A stretch of 64,000 nucleotides of DNA, from positions 800,001 to 864,000 of the forward strand of contig OY969801.1 in the NCBI GenBank assembly GCA_963703225.1. Reading direction: 5' to 3'. Numbering within the stretch: position 1 is the stretch's first letter; every line of letters begins with the position of its first letter. A model generated the notes under the pieces. It had not been told where the DNA came from. It searched no databases and was given only the letters and a program-made list of their open reading frames with translations. The position numbers and the translations under genes were made by a program. Positions 62,602-64,000 of this stretch are shown one piece after another. Origin of the DNA: Candidatus Eiseniibacteriota bacterium (GTDB lineage: Bacteria; Eisenbacteria; RBG-16-71-46; SZUA-252).

Positions 62602-63150
62602 ATGGCTACCTTTGTCCAGCGGATGATCGGGGCCGCCAGGCTGAACCCGGCGACCTACGAAGAGGTCGAGGCCGACAAGTCCGCCACGGGGCAGGCGACC
62701 GTGGTGGTCGTTCTCTCCGCGATCGCGGCCGGCATCGGCTCGATCGACGCGGGCGCCCGCGGCGTGGTGGTCACCATCGTGGCCGCGCTCCTCGGATGGG
62801 TCATCTGGGCGTTTCTGACCTGGCTCATCGGGACCAAGTTTCTCGCCGAACCCGAAACCAAGGCCGACATGGGGGAGCTCCTCCGCACCATCGGCTTCGG
62901 GTCGTCCCCGGGACTCATCCGGGTCTTCGGCGCCCTGCCCTTTGTCGGCGGCCTCTTTCTGATCGCGGCGTGGATCTGGATGCTCGTTTCGACGGTGGTG
63001 GCGGTGCGGCAGGCGCTCGACTACAAGAGCACGGGGAAGGCGATTCTGGTCTGCGCGATCGGTTGGTTCGTCTACGTCCTCTTCTTCATCTCGGTCGTCT
63101 CGCTGCTCGGGATCGCGATCATTGGGATCGGGGGCACGGTCGCCAGCTAG
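62602..63150 (+). CDS. Yip1 family membrane protein
   Basis: RMIGAARL...YEEVEAD, LLRTIGF..SPG, VVAVRQALDY. Confidence 0.85.
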   Translation: MATFVQRMIGAARLNPATYEEVEADKSATGQATVVVVLSAIAAGIGSIDAGARGVVVTIVAALLGWVIWAFLTWLIGTKFLAEPETKADMGELLRTIGFGSSPGLIRVFGALPFVGGLFLIAAWIWMLVSTVVAVRQALDYKSTGKAILVCAIGWFVYVLFFISVVSLLGIAIIGIGGTVAS

Positions 63151-64000
63151 TAGCGAAGCTCCGCCGCCATGCGGAGGAGCCACGCCGTCTCGTCGACGCC
63201 GCTCTGGTTGTTCACGTTCTCGCGCCGGCGGTAGCCGACTCCGGCGCTCAGGTCGACGTTGTCTCGGGGGAGCCAGCGCAGGTCGCCCCAGACTTCGCGC
63301 GCTTCCTCCACGACGCCCGAGAGGGATGAGTTCGAGACCGGTCCCATGGCGGGATACCAGGCCTCGCCGATTCGTCCCTCGCCCTTATTGACGAAATCCC
63401 CGGACCATCGGAGCTGCCAGTCGCGCGAGAGGTCGTAGCCGACCTCGAGCCAGAGATCCTCGACGTCCGGCCCCAGCACGTACCCGAGCGGCCGCTCGCG
63501 GTAGATGAAGTTCTCGTCGTAGTAGACGCTGTAGGTGAAATTCCGCACCCTGGCGTACTCCGCGAGGAAGTGGATCATGCCGTTCCCGAGGGGGCGGTCG
63601 CTGCGAAGCCCCGCCTGCCAGCCGAATCGGTCGGGCATCGACGTGTCCTCGGTTGTGAAATCGTCCACCAAGAATTCGCCGTAGAGGGTCAGGCCGGGCG
63701 AGAGGCGGAACGCCGCGTCGGTCGAGACCATGACGTTCGAGCGCTCTGCCGCACGCACCGAGTCGTTCGAGGCTTCGCGGACGTGGATCCGCTCGATCAG
63801 GGTGTAGGGGATGATCCCGATTCCGTAGAGGAGGTCGATGCCGTTGTTGGAGTAGCGGACCGCCTCGGCCAGCCCCAGCGTGAGCCGCCGGGTCGCCGCG
63901 AATTCCAGCCGGTGGGCCGCGAACATCCGGTCCTCCGCGTCGCGAGAGAACGCCCGACACCGCGGTCGCCGTGAGACGGCCCACGGCGTTTCCCTGAAAC
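63147..64000 (-). CDS. Second Wzi-family capsule assembly protein, 5' part outside the window
   Basis: AAHRLE, YGEFLVDD, WQAG, EYARV.NFTY, LGYVLGPD; paralogous to 52846..54423. Confidence 0.8.
   Translation of the reverse strand, partial: FRETPWAVSRRPRCRAFSRDAEDRMFAAHRLEFAATRRLTLGLAEAVRYSNNGIDLLYGIGIIPYTLIERIHVREASNDSVRAAERSNVMVSTDAAFRLSPGLTLYGEFLVDDFTTEDTSMPDRFGWQAGLRSDRPLGNGMIHFLAEYARVRNFTYSVYYDENFIYRERPLGYVLGPDVEDLWLEVGYDLSRDWQLRWSGDFVNKGEGRIGEAWYPAMGPVSNSSLSGVVEEAREVWGDLRWLPRDNVDLSAGVGYRRRENVNNQSGVDETAWLLRMAAELRY

Noticed and set aside
4029..63329. Long antisense or alternative-frame ORFs (e.g. 4029..5969, 9550..11949, 29883..31823, 61207..63183)
   Set aside because: Shadow ORFs expected at high GC opposite well-supported genes; Arg/Gly/Pro-rich with no motifs.
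1..64000. CRISPR arrays, tRNA/rRNA genes, transposases, prophage genes
   Set aside because: None recognised; intergenic gaps are short and show no regularly spaced repeats or cloverleaf motifs.

Overview
High-GC bacterial chromosomal window. The FlgD-Ig/T9SS-like and TWG-type C-termini and the yebC-ruvCAB-queA order suggest an FCB-group lineage such as Ca. Eisenbacteria (inference). Many genes carry scattered single-base frameshifts, typical of an unpolished long-read assembly. Contents in order: FHA-GAF-PP2C phosphatase, TPR lipoprotein, EF-G2, S8 protease, yebC-ruvCAB, a MerR cassette, queA, a stripped-down flagellum-derived module (mini-FliY/FliN, FliO, FlhG, FliA, HDOD, degenerate GGDEF, hybrid kinase), wecB, DegT aminotransferase, an ArsR/SRPBCC/DUF1801 cassette, a Ser/Thr kinase, a lower-GC Wzx/Wzy polysaccharide cluster, a chrB cassette, two Wzi paralogues, a DUF5674 gene pair and a polyphosphate cluster (CYTH-CHAD, sixA, two ppx, ppk1). 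Top observations: (1) a flagellar operon collapsed to switch/regulatory parts, with the export genes fliPQR-flhBA-flhF absent here but sigma54, IHF and sigma28 sites retained; (2) a MerR operator/promoter driving merR plus an unannotated 38-aa signal-peptide micropeptide ending CPGKCPFCP, closed by a terminator; (3) two clear and one weaker stress cassette inserted at host gene 3' ends, each leaving a diverged copy of the displaced gene tail and no integrase.
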